64,000 bases of DNA, from positions 1,997,101-2,061,100 of the forward strand of contig MU057202.1 of assembly GCA_013239625.1 (NCBI GenBank). The letters are read 5' to 3'. Shown here piece after piece: positions 36,526 through 49,600 of this stretch. Each line of letters opens with the position of its first letter. Positions within the stretch are counted from its first letter, which is position 1. Under the pieces are notes generated by a model. That model worked only from the letters and a program-made list of their open reading frames with translations, had not been told where the DNA came from and did not search any database. This DNA is from Lama guanicoe (taxonomy: Eukaryota). The position numbers and the translations under genes were made by a program.

Positions 36526-38538
36526 GGCCCTTTGACTGAGGGCCCTGCCTTGTTCATCTCTGCCTCTCGGCACCGAGGAGCTGCCTGGCAGGCGCCGACC
36601 CGCCCGGCACGGGAGCTTGTTTCACGGCTCTCTTTCCTGCTATTTGCTGGGTCCTGAGACCCAAGAGGAAAGTGGAAGCCTCTCTCCCCTCTGCATGTGT
36701 CCATTAAGCTCATGAAGGGATTCGACTGGCAGGGCCTGGCCGTGGGGCTCCTTTGTGCAGAACCATTCTGACACATAAACAGTGAACAACGATTCTTCAG
36801 AACGACCAAATGCCCAGTTATTGCTTAAATTTTCCCAGCTGCCATATCTGCATCTCCGTGTGTCATGTATTATCTCTGTCTACCCAGCCATCCCTCTCTC
36901 TCATCTGTCCCTGTTATCTGTCTACTCAGCCATTATCCCATCCATCCGTCCATCCATCAGGGCGCACAAGGTCCTCACGTTGCCTCCGCTCTTCGTCATG
37001 TGGCTGATTCCTTTATCACCTGGCCAGTGACGCGGACAGGGTCAGGGCCTTCCTCCGGTCCAGTGCTGCATCCGACCACCGACGCTTGCCCACCTGGGGA
37101 GGGACAGCTCCCTTGGCCCCAGGACGCATCTGACGGCTATCTGACCTGCCTGCCTATCTCCCCATCGGTCGCAGAGGATGCGCTAGCTGAGTGGAGGCAG
37201 AGCTGGCAGCCGCACAATCTGATACGGCCTGTCTCAGGCGGATTTCAGCACCTTGTCACCCTCCCAGTCCTGGCGCCAACCCTCGGCCCAGCCCACTGCC
37301 GAACGGAGCTGTCAGGCCCCACCGCGGAGCTGCGCGTGCTCGGACACGGCCAGGCCCGGTCTAGACAATCCCGAGCATCCAGGCAACCCCCCGGGTCTGG
37401 TCAGACTGGATTAAGCCCGACTTCCCGGAGGCCCGGAGCCCATTTTGGCTCTGGCAGCCCTGGGTGCTGTTTTCATGGCACACGGCTCCGGAAAGCAGCC
37501 TTTTTCCAGCCTGGAAAGCCCAGGGGACGGTGCTGTCACAGCTGAAAATCAGGGAGCATTTCAGTGCTTTCTGAAAAGTTGAAAATATTTTTCCTCTTAA
37601 TTTCTCCATTTTCCAACCTTCCCTCAAATCCTACACCTTCCTTAGGCCTGTCTCATTCAGGCCAGCAACAAATCAAGATAATACTATTTATCGTGTTCCT
37701 ATGATGCCGCTTTTTATCCTCACCATCTTAGAGGGACCCTTAGCGTTCCAGTTGGACACAGATGAAGACGGGAGCCCAAGAGACTAAGTCATTTGCCCAG
37801 GGTCACACAGCAGGGTTGGGTTTGAACCTAAGCTTTCTGATTCCAAAGCTTGGAAGAAACTGATTGTTCAACAGGCTCATTTCTTCCTGGATTGCAAGGT
37901 CTTGTGGCACCCAGGGGCAGGGGACAGAACCTAGCAGGACCTCCAAAAATGCTACGGGGACGAGGAGCCTCTCCACAAGGCCCAGCCCAGCCCAGGACCC
38001 AGACTGGTCCTCCTCTCTCACTGATTTCTCTCTCTCTCCGGGCTGCACTCTGGGCACTGCAAGAACAGTGTCTTCTCAAGCCCAGGTGAACAAAAGCTGG
38101 GGGGCCACCCGCCCACCGGGCCACCTGGCCAAGTCTGAGTCCCAGTTAAGGCCTCTGGGACACACACACCATCCCCATTTTACAGATAGGGAAACTGAGG
38201 CTCAGAGAGCTAAGGAACTCATCCACAGCCCCACAGCTGTGAGATTCAAAGCCAGTTGTTTGTACCCATTGAAATGGCAGCCCCTAGTCTTGACCCAAGC
38301 ACAAGAGGATCAACTGCAGAGTTTCACGGAAACAAGGGGTGCCTCTCCACCCGCGCTGACTTGAGAAGAACGAGGATTTGACTAGGAAATTCAAAGTTAT
38401 CAATAAGGAGATGTTAACTTTGGGGAACATATTTTTGGAACACTTGGGGCTAATAAATTGTACAATCAGTTGAATGGCTCATAAGCAGTGTTTTGTGTCT
38501 TTTTTTTTTTTTAAGAAACAGAAGAGAATAAACCAGAC

Positions 38539-38799
38539 AGAGACAGAAAACCAACTGACGGTCACCTAAGGCACAAGGCGGGGGAGAGGGATAAACTAGG
38601 AGTTTGGGATTAGCGGGTGCAAACTACTGCATACAGAATAGACGAACAACAAGGCCTTCTGCACAGCACAGGGAACTGCATTCAGTAGCTTGTAATAACC
38701 TACAATGAAACAGAATATATACGTATAACTGAACGACTATTCTGTATAGCAGGAATGAACACAACACTGTGACTCAGCCATACTCCAATCAAAAAAAAA
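38539..38799 (+). mobile_element. 5'-truncated artiodactyl-type L1 3' end with poly-A tail and TSD
   Basis: agggataaactaggagtttgggattagc...aacaacaagg...agcacagggaact...cttgtaataacctacaatg...aacacaacactgt plus an A tail. TSD agaataaaccagac (38525-38538) / agaataaactagac (38800-38813). Confidence 0.9.
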
Positions 38800-40459
38800 A
38801 GAATAAACTAGACTGAATAGAAAGTTCCAGACCCCATCAGGGACAGGGATGTCGTGCTGGTTACGCCGGAGTGAGGTGTAAGCTTGTGTCCTGTCGTGCG
38901 TGCGGTGCGGGCGGGAACTGAAATTCGCCCTCACCCACGTGACCATCCCGTGCTGCCCGCATTCTCATCTCATCGTCTCATTTTATGGGGAGGAAGCTGG
39001 GGCCCAGACGGCTTGTGTGCGTTTCACAAAGCTACAGAGCCGGTCAGCGGGCGGTGGCACAAACCCCACCCACCTGACTCGTCTGAAGCCCTCCCCCCGG
39101 CTACCCCTCGGGTGCTGAGAACCAGGTAAATAAAAGTTCACGGCTAAATTTCTGGGGCCCGAGCATCCTTTTCCACTTGTAAAAATTCCCCATCATCACC
39201 ACGCTTTGGGAATTACACTTTTAGAATCTATTTGTGGAGAAGACAGGCAAGCTTCTACCTTTGGAAGTAACTCTGGGCGGAATTTGTCCACACTGGGTGC
39301 CATCAGCAGCCTGTGGAAAACCCATCTGACCCCCTGAATTCTTGGCCTTCTTTGCCTGTGGCTTCACCTCCACTCGACCAAAGCCACACATCCCTGAGGT
39401 CCCTCCCTGGATTGTCACCCCTGATTGACCCCATCTCTGCAATCATCGGTTCCAGCATCCACTCTGACTGCGGGAAGCAGTTGCAGCAGCCACAGGGGAC
39501 CAGCCCAAGCCTCTAGCAGCGTCCGTGACGCCCGCCCTACCGTGGACGCGGTGGCCGGCCCGCCAGACCCCGGGACCCTTTTCCACTCTGTGTGCCCGTC
39601 CCCCGCTGCCCCCAGTGTTGCTGCCAGCAGCTCACACCTGCCCCTTCTGTCTGGGGTGACTGACGCCACATCACCTGGAGGGGCCTGGAAGCATGGTGCC
39701 TCCCTCGTCCCAGAGTCAGGGCAGCCTGTAGCCAGCGGCTGACCAGTGTGAGGGTGCCCCGTGCAGTCCCCGCTCCAGGAAGGAGAGACGAGATGCTGAA
39801 GGACTTTTCCCAAGCTTCTGCGACAGCAGGCTTTGGACATCGGGGAGTGCTGCCCCCGGGCTCCAGAGGGGTCCGAGACGAGTCAGTTATGGGGCAGGAA
39901 TGTTCCAGTTCCCAGTGCCCACAGAGTCTGTCACGGCGGGAGGTCCCAGAGAGCTTGCCAGCATCCCCAGGCCAGGTCCCCAGGGCTTCCGGGGCCCCTT
40001 TTGATCTGGCTTCTTCTCTGAAGCCTCCCTTCAAGGAGCCAGCTCCATCTCCCCCCCGGCAGCGCCCTGCTGCGTGTCTTTCCACTCGGCTGGAATCCTA
40101 ACTTGTCGGCCTCTTTAGAGGCATGGGCCTCTGCTCCCTTCCCCGAGGCCGTGCTGCTGGGTGGGCTGAGCTGGAGCCCCGGCCTGCGGTCCCGGGCACA
40201 GGCGCCTTCCCGGAGCCCCAGGGTCCTCCTGCCAGGTGACTTCAATTTGCTGTGACCGTGTACAAAGCATCACTTCATGTGAATAGTATGTACCTCTGGT
40301 GACATTTTAATTGCTGACTCAGGGCCAAGAGAAGCCCCGAGCATCTTGCAGGCCCAATTCCACCCGCTTTCCCCACTCGCCCCACACCCTTTGGCCCTAC
40401 AGACGCTGTGCGGTGCGCCCAACCTGGTGCTGCGACTGCCAGGTGAGGGGCACGGCAGA

Positions 40460-40495
40460 CTCCCGGCCCCCTCCCGGCCCCCTCCCGGCCCCCTC
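40460..40495. repeat. 11-bp minisatellite (CTCCCGGCCCC) x3.3
   Basis: Three exact units seen directly. Confidence 0.9.
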
Positions 40496-40577
40496 TGTTC
40501 TTCGACCCTCACAGCCGGCGGGGGCCCCCAGAGGCCGACTCTGGGAGGAGGGCCGAGTGCAGCCTTCCTTCTCTGGA

Positions 40578-40990
40578 TACTGTTGTGGTCATCACTGCTG
40601 CGTAACAGACAGCCCCCAAACGTAGCAGCTTAACACAACCGTGTCTTCTTTTGCTGCTGAGTATGTGATTTGGGCAGGGCTTGAGACCTCTTGTCTCTGC
40701 TCTGTTTTGTTGGAGGCCTTGTCGTGATGACGGGAATGGGGCAGGAGAGCAGGCACCCCCTCTTCATGCAGGTGCTTTCACTGGACCTTGAGGAAGCCAC
40801 ATGTCCCACACAGTGGCTCAGGGCTCCAGACCAGTGTTCTGAGCCCATGGCGGAAGCTGCAAGGCCTTTTGTGGCCTCGTCTCAGAAAACGCCTGTCATC
40901 TCCCAGTATGATACTGGTCACCTAGGACCAGTCCTGATTCAATGAGGGCCACACAAAGCATGGGATGATGGAGGTCACCTTGGAGGCCCC
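40578..40990 (-). mobile_element. MaLR LTR (MLT1F/G/H-like)
   Basis: ctgctgcgtaacagacagcccccaaacgtagcagcttaa...tttgggcagggct...ccagtcctgattcaatg. Confidence 0.6.
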
Positions 40991-41560
40991 TACTGAGTGC
41001 CAAGGTCTGGGCTAGATATGGGGATACAGCCACCAACAAGCTAGAGGAGGATCAATACTAAATAGAAAAGGATACATTGTATCAAGTGGAATAAACACCA
41101 GGAAGGTAAAAGCAGGGCCAGGGAATAGTGACTGGAGGGGAGGGGCAGTGATGTCACACAGAGGTACGGGGACAGCCTCTCAGAGGAGTGGCATTTGAGT
41201 GAGGTCAGAGGGATATGCAGATGGAGGGTGTTTGGGGAAGAGGGAAGGAACAGCCAGTGCAAAGGTCCTGAGGCAGGTGTCTGTGTGCAAACAGAAGATG
41301 GTCAGTGCAGCGCAGCAGAGTGGGCTGGGCCAGGGAAGGGGCCAGGGTGCATGGAGGAGAGGAAGGCTGGGGGTGGGCAAGGGGAACCAGGGTTTGTGGG
41401 ATCTTGCAAGACTTTATTAATTCAAAGTGAAGTGAGAAGGAGAGTTTCAAGCAGAGGAACAACATCTGACAGGTTTTAGAAGAATCCCTGCAGCTCCTGC
41501 ACAGGGAGGATGCAGGGAGCTCAGAGGAAGCGTGGGGACCAGGTGAGTATGCTCTCCTCT
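40991..41560 (-). mobile_element. L2 LINE 3' fragment
   Basis: ctactgagtgccaagg...ggggatacagc...ggcatttgag...gggaaggaacagccagtgcaaaggtcctgaggcagg...tctgacaggttttagaagaatccctg. Confidence 0.8.
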
Positions 41561-42339
41561 TTCCAGGTGAGGAGGCTGGCTCCTCTGCCTGCAGCACCCC
41601 AGCCCTTCCCTTTGCTGGTCCGGCTCACCCATCAGCTCCTGCTTGAGTCTCTGTGACTCCCTAGATCTCGAACACAGGGAGCCTAAGACAGTGTCTGGAC
41701 AGCATCCTCTGCTTGCCCAGCTCAGTGCTGGCACGTCAGAGCCCAGGGCAGACTTCATGCCAAACCGAATAGGCATAAGGGCTGGGGGCATGATGCCCTG
41801 AACTCAGAGGCCCGGGCTGTCTGCAGCCCCTCCACCCTGGGAAGGAATGACGCACGTGAGAAACGATGCAGGAGCCGGTGAGGGGGCCGGTGCAAACTCT
41901 GAGCAAGATCGCCCACCTGGGGCGAATGGCAACCCTCCGCTGGGAGACGGCACAGAAGTGAAAGCGGAGGGGGACAAACACACGTTGCCTGCAGTGCCTG
42001 CACCCCTCTTTCCTGGAGCACGACCACCCCAAGTCGGCGCCCAGGCGGCGGGTGTGTTCGGGCCCCGGGGGTCGGTGGTGTGCGACGTTTGCTGACTGTT
42101 TCCACGTCGGCGAGAGTGCAGAGCTGACTTCTCAGTGCTCTGGTGAAAAGCCAGAGACCACCTCCATCGTCAGCCCCAAAGCACTGCTAGATTCCCAGTT
42201 AGACGTTACTAACTGGGCGCCGCCGGGCCTTTGCACGCGAGAGCATAAACACCCGTAACACACGGCTGCGTCAGGACGCACTGCCCCGGGGCTGCAGGGG
42301 TCTCCCGTGGCCCCCTGCCCCCTCTTGCCTCTGCCCAGG

Positions 42340-42725
42340 CCCATGACTGTGGCGTGAGCCATGCTGCATGGCAGCTGAGGCCCGCACGGGAAGGCGACAC
42401 ACCTGGACTTCTGGGGAAGCTCAGCTTCGGAACCCGGTCACCATACTCTGAGGTGCAGCCACGTGGAAGGGCCACGTGTGGGTGCCCTGATCCCAGCCCA
42501 CTGAGGTCCCCCCAACATCAACCACTAGCCAGGTGAGCCAGAGGACCTTTGGATGACTCCAGACTCCGCCTTGCTGAGTCCTGGGTGATGCGATGCTGAG
42601 TGGGGCAGAGATGAACTGTCCCTGCCTAACCCAGCACGATGCGCAGATCTGCGAGCAAAGTAATGCTGCCATTGCTTTAAGCCACTGCATTTGGGAGCGG
42701 TTCCTGACGCAGCAAGAGACCCCGG
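42340..42725 (+). mobile_element. MaLR LTR (MLT1F/G/H-like)
   Basis: ccagccaggtgag...ggggcagagatgaactgtccct...ttgctttaagccactgcatttggg...gcagcaa. Confidence 0.6.
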
Positions 42726-42869
42726 CATGCTGGAGGCGCAAACCCCATGCGTGAGGAGACTTCGCCCTTGGCCGGCTTGATTTTCTTTTCTTTTATCTCA
42801 ATTATAAGTCATTTTGCAGGACAATTATTTTGGTTCTACCATGTATTTAAACACATTGAAGAAAAGTAT

Positions 42870-43350
42870 GTTTTTAAATCAAGGGTGGAATTCACAAAAC
42901 ATAAAATTAGTCATTTTAAGTGCACAATTCACTGGCGTTTAAAAGTTTCACAATATTGTGCGACCACCATCTCTACCAGGTTCCAAAATGTTTTCGTCAC
43001 CCCAAGAGCAAGCCCTGTGTTCATTAAGCGGTTGCCCCCCAGGGGCCCCCTCCAGCCCCTGGAGCCACTGAGCTACGTTCTGTCTCCCTGGTTTATCTGT
43101 TCCGGACGTTTCATGCAGATGGACTCATACGTGGTCCCCTGCGTCTGGCTTCTTTCACTCAGCATAAGTGTTTTCAAGGTTCACCCATATTGCAGCCTGT
43201 ATCAAAATTTCATTCCTTTTTATGGCTGAATAATATTCTATTGTATGGATGGACCATATCTGGCTTATCCACTCATCAGATTTTGGACCTGTGGGCTGTT
43301 TCTACCTTTTGGCTAATATGAATAGTGCTGCTATGAATATCCATTTTTGT
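42870..43350 (-). mobile_element. L1MB-type 3' end
   Basis: aattcacaaaacataaaatt...ttttaagtgcacaattca...tggcttctttcactcagcata...ttcattcctttttatggctgaataatattc...aatagtgctgctatgaa. Confidence 0.88.
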
Positions 43351-44154
43351 TTTCAGTTCTAGAAGGCATCTTCCTAAGAGTGATGCTGCTGGGAAGATGG
43401 ATATCTTTTCAAAACATTAACAGTGCCATCTAATGCATGAGGCGGTGAGAGGCTGAGAATCTCTTTTACTGACTCGTCTGAAGCATCAGGAAGTGACAGC
43501 GCACCAGGGAGAACACGATGTTTCAGACCTGTTACTACGGTTCTTACGAGACCGAACACTAGTCCCAGAAAAAAGTCCCGGAGAGTGGCGGTTTGCTAGT
43601 GCTTGTTATTTAGATTTATAGTCGATGAAGACAATCTAATGACATTTGGGGGGAAAAAGTTTCCCGTGGGAGGTCAAACTTTGTAAAACTGCCATTTCTG
43701 TGGGTCCAGACAATCAACTATTGGCAATGTCCCGCAGTGCCACCCAATGTCCGAAAGGGGGGACCCTGCATATCACAGAAACTCCACCCAGGGCGTCATC
43801 GGGTAAAGTCAAGCTACAAGGCTTGATTTTCTCATGCGACAAGGATCCCAAAGAGGGACAGTCCAGGGCAACGCAGCGGCTGGGGCACTTGTTAAGAACT
43901 GGCTTACTGCTCTCGTGTCCTGAGTACACACACGAAGCCTGCATTTCAGGCACGAGGAGGTGATAAGAGCAGGGAAGAGGTGAGTGCCAAGATTTTATTT
44001 AAAACAGAACAAGACACGCACACACACGCACACCCACAATAGCTTTCCTACAAACCCAACACTGTGGACAGACGTCTGTTCACATCTCATTGGCCAGAAC
44101 AGGGTCGTTTGGCCACCTTTAACGGCAAAGGATGCTGGCTATTTCTTTATTCTA

Positions 44155-44810
44155 ATGATGTTTTCTTTGGAACAGTTTTAGATTTACAGCCAAATCTGCC
44201 GAGACAGTGCAGAGGGTTCCCGCGTGCCCTGCCCTGGTTTCCCCTTCTGCTGCCACCCTCTGTGACGATGCACGTTTTCAAAAGTGAGAACCAACTGTGA
44301 TGCGTTACTGCTGACCGAGCTTGTCAGGCGCCACCAGTTCTCCCACCAAGGCCCTTTTCTCTCCCAGGAGGGTGTCCGGGATCCCGAGCTGCTTCTAAGC
44401 ATCTGGCTCTGTAGCCTCTGCTGGGCTGTGACAGTTTCTGAGACTTTCCTTCTTCTCATGACCTTGACAGTGTCGACAGGACTGGGGGATGTTTTGCAGA
44501 ATGCCCCTCAGCTTGGCTCTCTCTGCCAGTTGGGCTTTTCTCACGGTTAGACTAGAGTTGTGCGTAGAGATGAAATGCCCTTCTGGTCACGTGACAGTGG
44601 GGTGGGGGCGTCATGCCCTCATGGCCTATCACCACTGGCGCTGACCTTGGTCACCTGGTTAACACGGTGTCTCCACTGTAAGGCTGCTGCTGGGCTCGGG
44701 TCTTTGGAAGCCAGGCCCTGGACTCAGCTCACGCTCAAGGGCTGGGTTAAGCTCAAGGGCTCTCCCTGGAGGGGAGAGCATCCACCGAGGTGCTTAGGAC
44801 TCATCTGTAG
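44155..44810 (-). mobile_element. L1MC/MD-type 3' fragment
   Basis: aacagttttagatttacag...gtgacagtttctgagactttcct...tcatgaccttgacagt...ttttgcagaatgcccctc...tctccactgtaa. Confidence 0.7.
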
Positions 44811-47800
44811 GGAAGAGTGATGGCTCCACTGTCGCCCCGGATACGATCAGGGTCCTCTTGATAAGGAAGCAGGGGAGCGTGGATATCGCATCCTCAACTG
44901 TAAATGGGGACACTGGCATTTGCCCTATCCATGCAGATATAAGAATTTTTACATTTAGTGCTGGGACTTCCAGAAGCTTGGAATAATGGTCGGGGTTCTT
45001 ACCAGGGCTTGGCAACCTTGGACAGGTGAGGGTATTTATTCAAGGCTTAGGTACTGGAGATGTGATTGCTGCTGGGGGCACAATGGCGAAGAAGATGGTG
45101 GCAGACGCAGCAAACTGTCATCCAGTATCACTCCCCTCTTCTCCCTTAGTGACAGAGTCCCAGAGTCTCAGCTGGGCGTGTGGCTGCCCAGGTAAGGACT
45201 ACATTTCCCAGGCTCCCTGCACGGTCATGTGTCCAATGTCTGGCTAATGGGAAACGAATGGAAGTGATGTAACCAACACCTGAATGAAGCCATGGACCAA
45301 GTCTCTGGGAGGGACAAGTGGGAAGAAGAAAGTGGCTTCTGGTTGTCGCTCTTTACTGGACTAGAAGCTGCTGGTGTGGTGGTCCCTTAGGTCAGAGCTG
45401 CAGGATGATACCCACAAATTCTACACCCATGAGCGACTCAGATGATCGTGAACCCACCCAAGAGAACTTTGTCCTGGGTCCACCTCAGATTGCCTGTGTC
45501 AGCGTGAGCACAGCCCTCCTGTGCTCCTCTGTGAACTTGTCTGTAAGTGTCCACGCCTCTTACACAGACAATGGGGAAAACCCAGGGCTCTGTGTCTGTG
45601 AGGTGCTCAGTGCGGTGCCTGGCGGGAAGTGTCTCGTACAGGTTTGCTTCTGTTTTTGTTACTGTCATGATTATTATCACAATGTTTGTAGAAATAAAAA
45701 AAAACATTTATAATAATAGGGTCACAGATCATAGTGTTCACCAGTTTTTTTTTTTTTTGGTCTGTTTGTTAAACACAGTTCTAAATTGCAGTCCTAACGA
45801 GGCTGCTCTTAAATTTACGAAACAATTTTCAAATTTGTGACCGCTGAACCAATTCAGGCACAGGAATTAGTCTGCATTCCAGATCAGTTAGGGGAATAGT
45901 TTGCAGCAACTATGACATTTTGGAACACATCAAATAAGAAGAGAGATCACTGTTGTATGTCACAGTCAGAAAGAAGTGAGGCATTTCTGTGTGACTTCAA
46001 GAACGGTTCACTCACAGGGTCCCCGCTGGAGACGCAAGAAATAGCAGGCTCATGTCAAAACCACAGTGACCTTCTCACTGACTCAAAGACCTCCCACCCA
46101 ATCCCAGGGGATGGGGTAATTCAATGGAGATTAAAGGCTCACTCGGTCCTCGTAACCAGAGAAACGCAAGTTCTATCAGGTTACCGTTGCCATTATTCTG
46201 CCAAGCAAAAAGGCAGAGTTTCCCTAGAGGAGGCAGAATATTTGCTCTCCGCCAGAAGACCCCAAAGGACCAGAGCTGTTTAACCGAGATTATGAAAAAG
46301 AAAAAAGAGTTTAACTGCGCAGCTTTGCCGGCCTGGACGTTACCGCCAGCCCACACCATGAACTAAAGCCCCTGGCACTCAAGTCAATGAGAAATGAATA
46401 ATGCACTTAGTTAAACATTTCCTCCCACCATGAAAGTCCTCGGTCACCCTAATTTCTTTTCCTACTTGACATTTTCACTTCTTTTTCTGACCAGATATCC
46501 ATAATAAAACCTGGCAGTCCGCGGACAAGTGCTTTCCATGCGGGCTTTCGCCCGCGTCCTATTAGGAGCCTTTGAAACTGAACACCCTCTTTTATCCCAC
46601 ATCACTTCCTCCCCTGGAGCCGTTCAATCTCCACTCAGCAATCCCATTAGACTTTTAACTTCCATTTTTAAAAAGCTGATAAAAATGTGTAGATGTTTGA
46701 ACCCCATCCAGGGAACTTGGCTTCCAAGCTATGCAGCGAGGGGGGAAGGCGGCCGTGGGAGAGCAGGGCGCTGGGTTGCCAGCGCACGGGGGCCTGCGGG
46801 GTGCTGGGTCCCCTCCTTGGGGGTCCACCTGCGCCGTCGGGTAGGGAGGGGCCCACTTTGGGCACACGCGTGGCCTCTGCAGCATGGTGGCGGGGTTACT
46901 GCACACATTCCACGTGGCTAGAAGTTCTGGTATTCATCTTTCTGGTAAGTGGCTGAACTTTACAAATGAAGGGAGTGACTTAGCAGGAAATAGTAGGACT
47001 AAGCTCGTGGAAACACGATAAGGTACTTTATCATGTGCAGCGGGTCAGTGTATTCCCGCTCTCCCCTCTTTTTCAGGGAAGGGAGTTGCCAGCTTTGCTG
47101 CCAGGGAGGGAGGCGTGGAGGAACCTGGAAGAGGCAGGGCAGCATCCACTCCAAAGGGAGAGGAAGTGTCTACGGAAGCTCTGGTCACTCTGGGAGAAGT
47201 GGAGGTGTTGGGGGGAGGCGGCGCTGCAGGGACCAGAGCTGTCCTCGGGGCCCGGCCCGGCCCCACCCCGCTCTCCTCTGCAAACCCCTCTCAGGGCCTC
47301 ACACCCGGGCACCCGGCACCTGGCTGGGACGCCTGGAGACCACGTTGGCAAAGCAGTGGGCTCAGCGTCTGGTCCACACGAGGCTGGGAACACCTGTGTC
47401 GAGAGCAAGCCCGTGGGCTGGGCTGCCCGTGTGCGGCTGGGGCAGCGCCGTGGAAGGAAAGTAGTCAAACCGAAGATGCCTATGTTGACCTGTAGCGCGT
47501 TGGATGCTACTTCAGTGACATTTATCACAGCAGCTCCCCTTCCCTGGCCCTGGGGCGCGTTCCTTCTGCAACCCGACATGCAGCTGTGTCAGGGACGACT
47601 GCCTGGGGATACTCGGTGATTGATCAGCTCTCCACCGGACCCTCACCCGGCGACAGCTCCTCCGACTCCAGGCGGCCAGCACCGCCTCGCTGCGACTCGG
47701 CCAGCATCACAGCGTGGTCGTGGGGGAGTCACTGTCCGTCAGCATCTCTCACAGCAACAGCTGATATGTCTGGAGCCCCTTCCTGTGCAGGCTCTCAGCA

Positions 47801-49374
47801 GGTGTGGTGCTGGCCTTCGTCACTGATCTCTCTCCTGTTTCTCAGGTGTGCGGATGGACGCTGTGGCCAGGACACTGCTCCAAGTGTGCAGATAAAAGCG
47901 GCTGCCCTGTGCGCAAGGCTCAGCCCTGGATACATGTGCCCTCGGTCCTTCTATGTACAGGCTCAGTCCTGAGACCCACACCAGGAGGGAGGTGCCGTTA
48001 TGTTGCAAATGAAGAAACACAATTAAGTGACCTCACTGCCAGCCGTGCTGCTGAGGACAGAGAGGAAACTCGGGTGTCCAAGTCGGAGCTGGGCATGGAG
48101 CCCGCACTCCCACGGGCCGGGGTCAGCCTGCCTCAGTCTGGGCCTCCCTGGGGCACAGCCTGACACGCAGCTGGTGCAGAGTTGGGAGCGAGAGGAGGAA
48201 GCGAGAAAGGCAGTAAAGGTTCCTTCGCGATGCTTTGCCGCTGTGGGCACGTGCAGGCTGGACGGAGTGCACGGAGGGCTGGAAGCCACCGATACACCCA
48301 CAGCTCCCAGTCATGGGAAGGCTCCTGGGGGCCCTGGCTCCTTTTGGCCTGTCCTGGGTAGGGGCTAAGACTGTCCTCAGGAAGCCCTCAGCAGGTGGGG
48401 GGCTGCCTGCTGCCAACCTCCAGGGGCCAGAGCGGCTGGGCAGGCCCCGAGGTAAGTCCTTTGTCATTAAGCTCCTCGCTTACTCGTGGTCTTCAGGGCT
48501 CGTCCCCAGTCCCAGCAGAAAAGAGCTGAGGACACACTGCAGTGGACGTGCTCCTTCCTGGGTGTGTAACTGGGGGGCTCCCATGCCGTTCGTCGGAACC
48601 TGCCCGGCCTCAGCAGGGAAGCAGGGCCAGCGCGAGTCCGCTGTGGTCCCGGAGACCGCAGGACGGCCGCAGACGGCAGGACGGCTGAAGGAGAGGTCCA
48701 CCTGTCTCCTGTCGCTGCTCCAAGTTCAGGGCAGGGAGACGCAGCGAGGTCAGTCTCGGAGGCTGAGGACAGTGCTGCTCGCTCAGCAGCTGCTCTGGTG
48801 CCGCATCCACTCCTCCAGGGTCCCCGCTCTGGCGACAGGTTCCGCTCGAGTGTGATGGATGGGGAGTCTGCTGCCGACAAGCCTGGCCCCAGACAGCGGG
48901 CCCCAGACCCTCGGGGGGAGGCAGCGTCAGTGCTGAGCGCCCCTGGGGGCCTGGCTCTGGCCGGCACGGGCCGGGAGCTGGGCGCAGAGCTCAGGAGTGA
49001 CCCCTGGCCTCAGGGAGCTTCCCTGGAAGACCAGGGCCTACAGAGAGCACCCTGAGGGGGCTGGCGCGCGGTCACGGGGGGCTAGCGAGGGTCGCCAGTG
49101 CCAGGCGCCGTGCTCGTGCTCACACACACGAATCCTGGCTTCCAACGGCCCCACGGGGCTGGCACTGCTCTTACCCCACTGGCCACGTGAAGAAACCGAG
49201 GCACACGGGGTGAAGTGACTTGCTTAAGGTCGCGGCCTGTCAGCTGTGACGCAAAGACTCGAACCGGGTGATTTGGTTTCGAAATTCATATGTGGACCCT
49301 GCAGGCCGCACAGCCTCGGCCTCATGCCTGGTCCCAGCAAAATGTAATGAAGGAAAAGCAGTGACAGCCGCTGG

Positions 49375-49600
49375 TGTTCACAGAGTGCCACTAAGTGCCA
49401 GGCACCCGGCTAAGTGCTCTCTGTGTCTTCTCCGTTTAATCCCGACTGCAACCCAGGCAAGTGACACTGCTGGTATCTCTGTTTTGCAGATAAGGGAAGT
49501 GAAGCTCAGAGAGGTCCAGTGACTGTCCCAAGGTCACCCGGGTCGGGACCGTGGAGCTGGGATTTGAACCCAGGCAATCTCGGGCTCAGAGCTCACCCTC
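49375..49600 (-). mobile_element. Near full-length MIR SINE
   Basis: gtgccaggcac...gctaagtgct...ttttgcagataagggaagtgaagctcagagagg...cccaaggtcac...gagctgggatttgaacccaggc. Confidence 0.85.
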
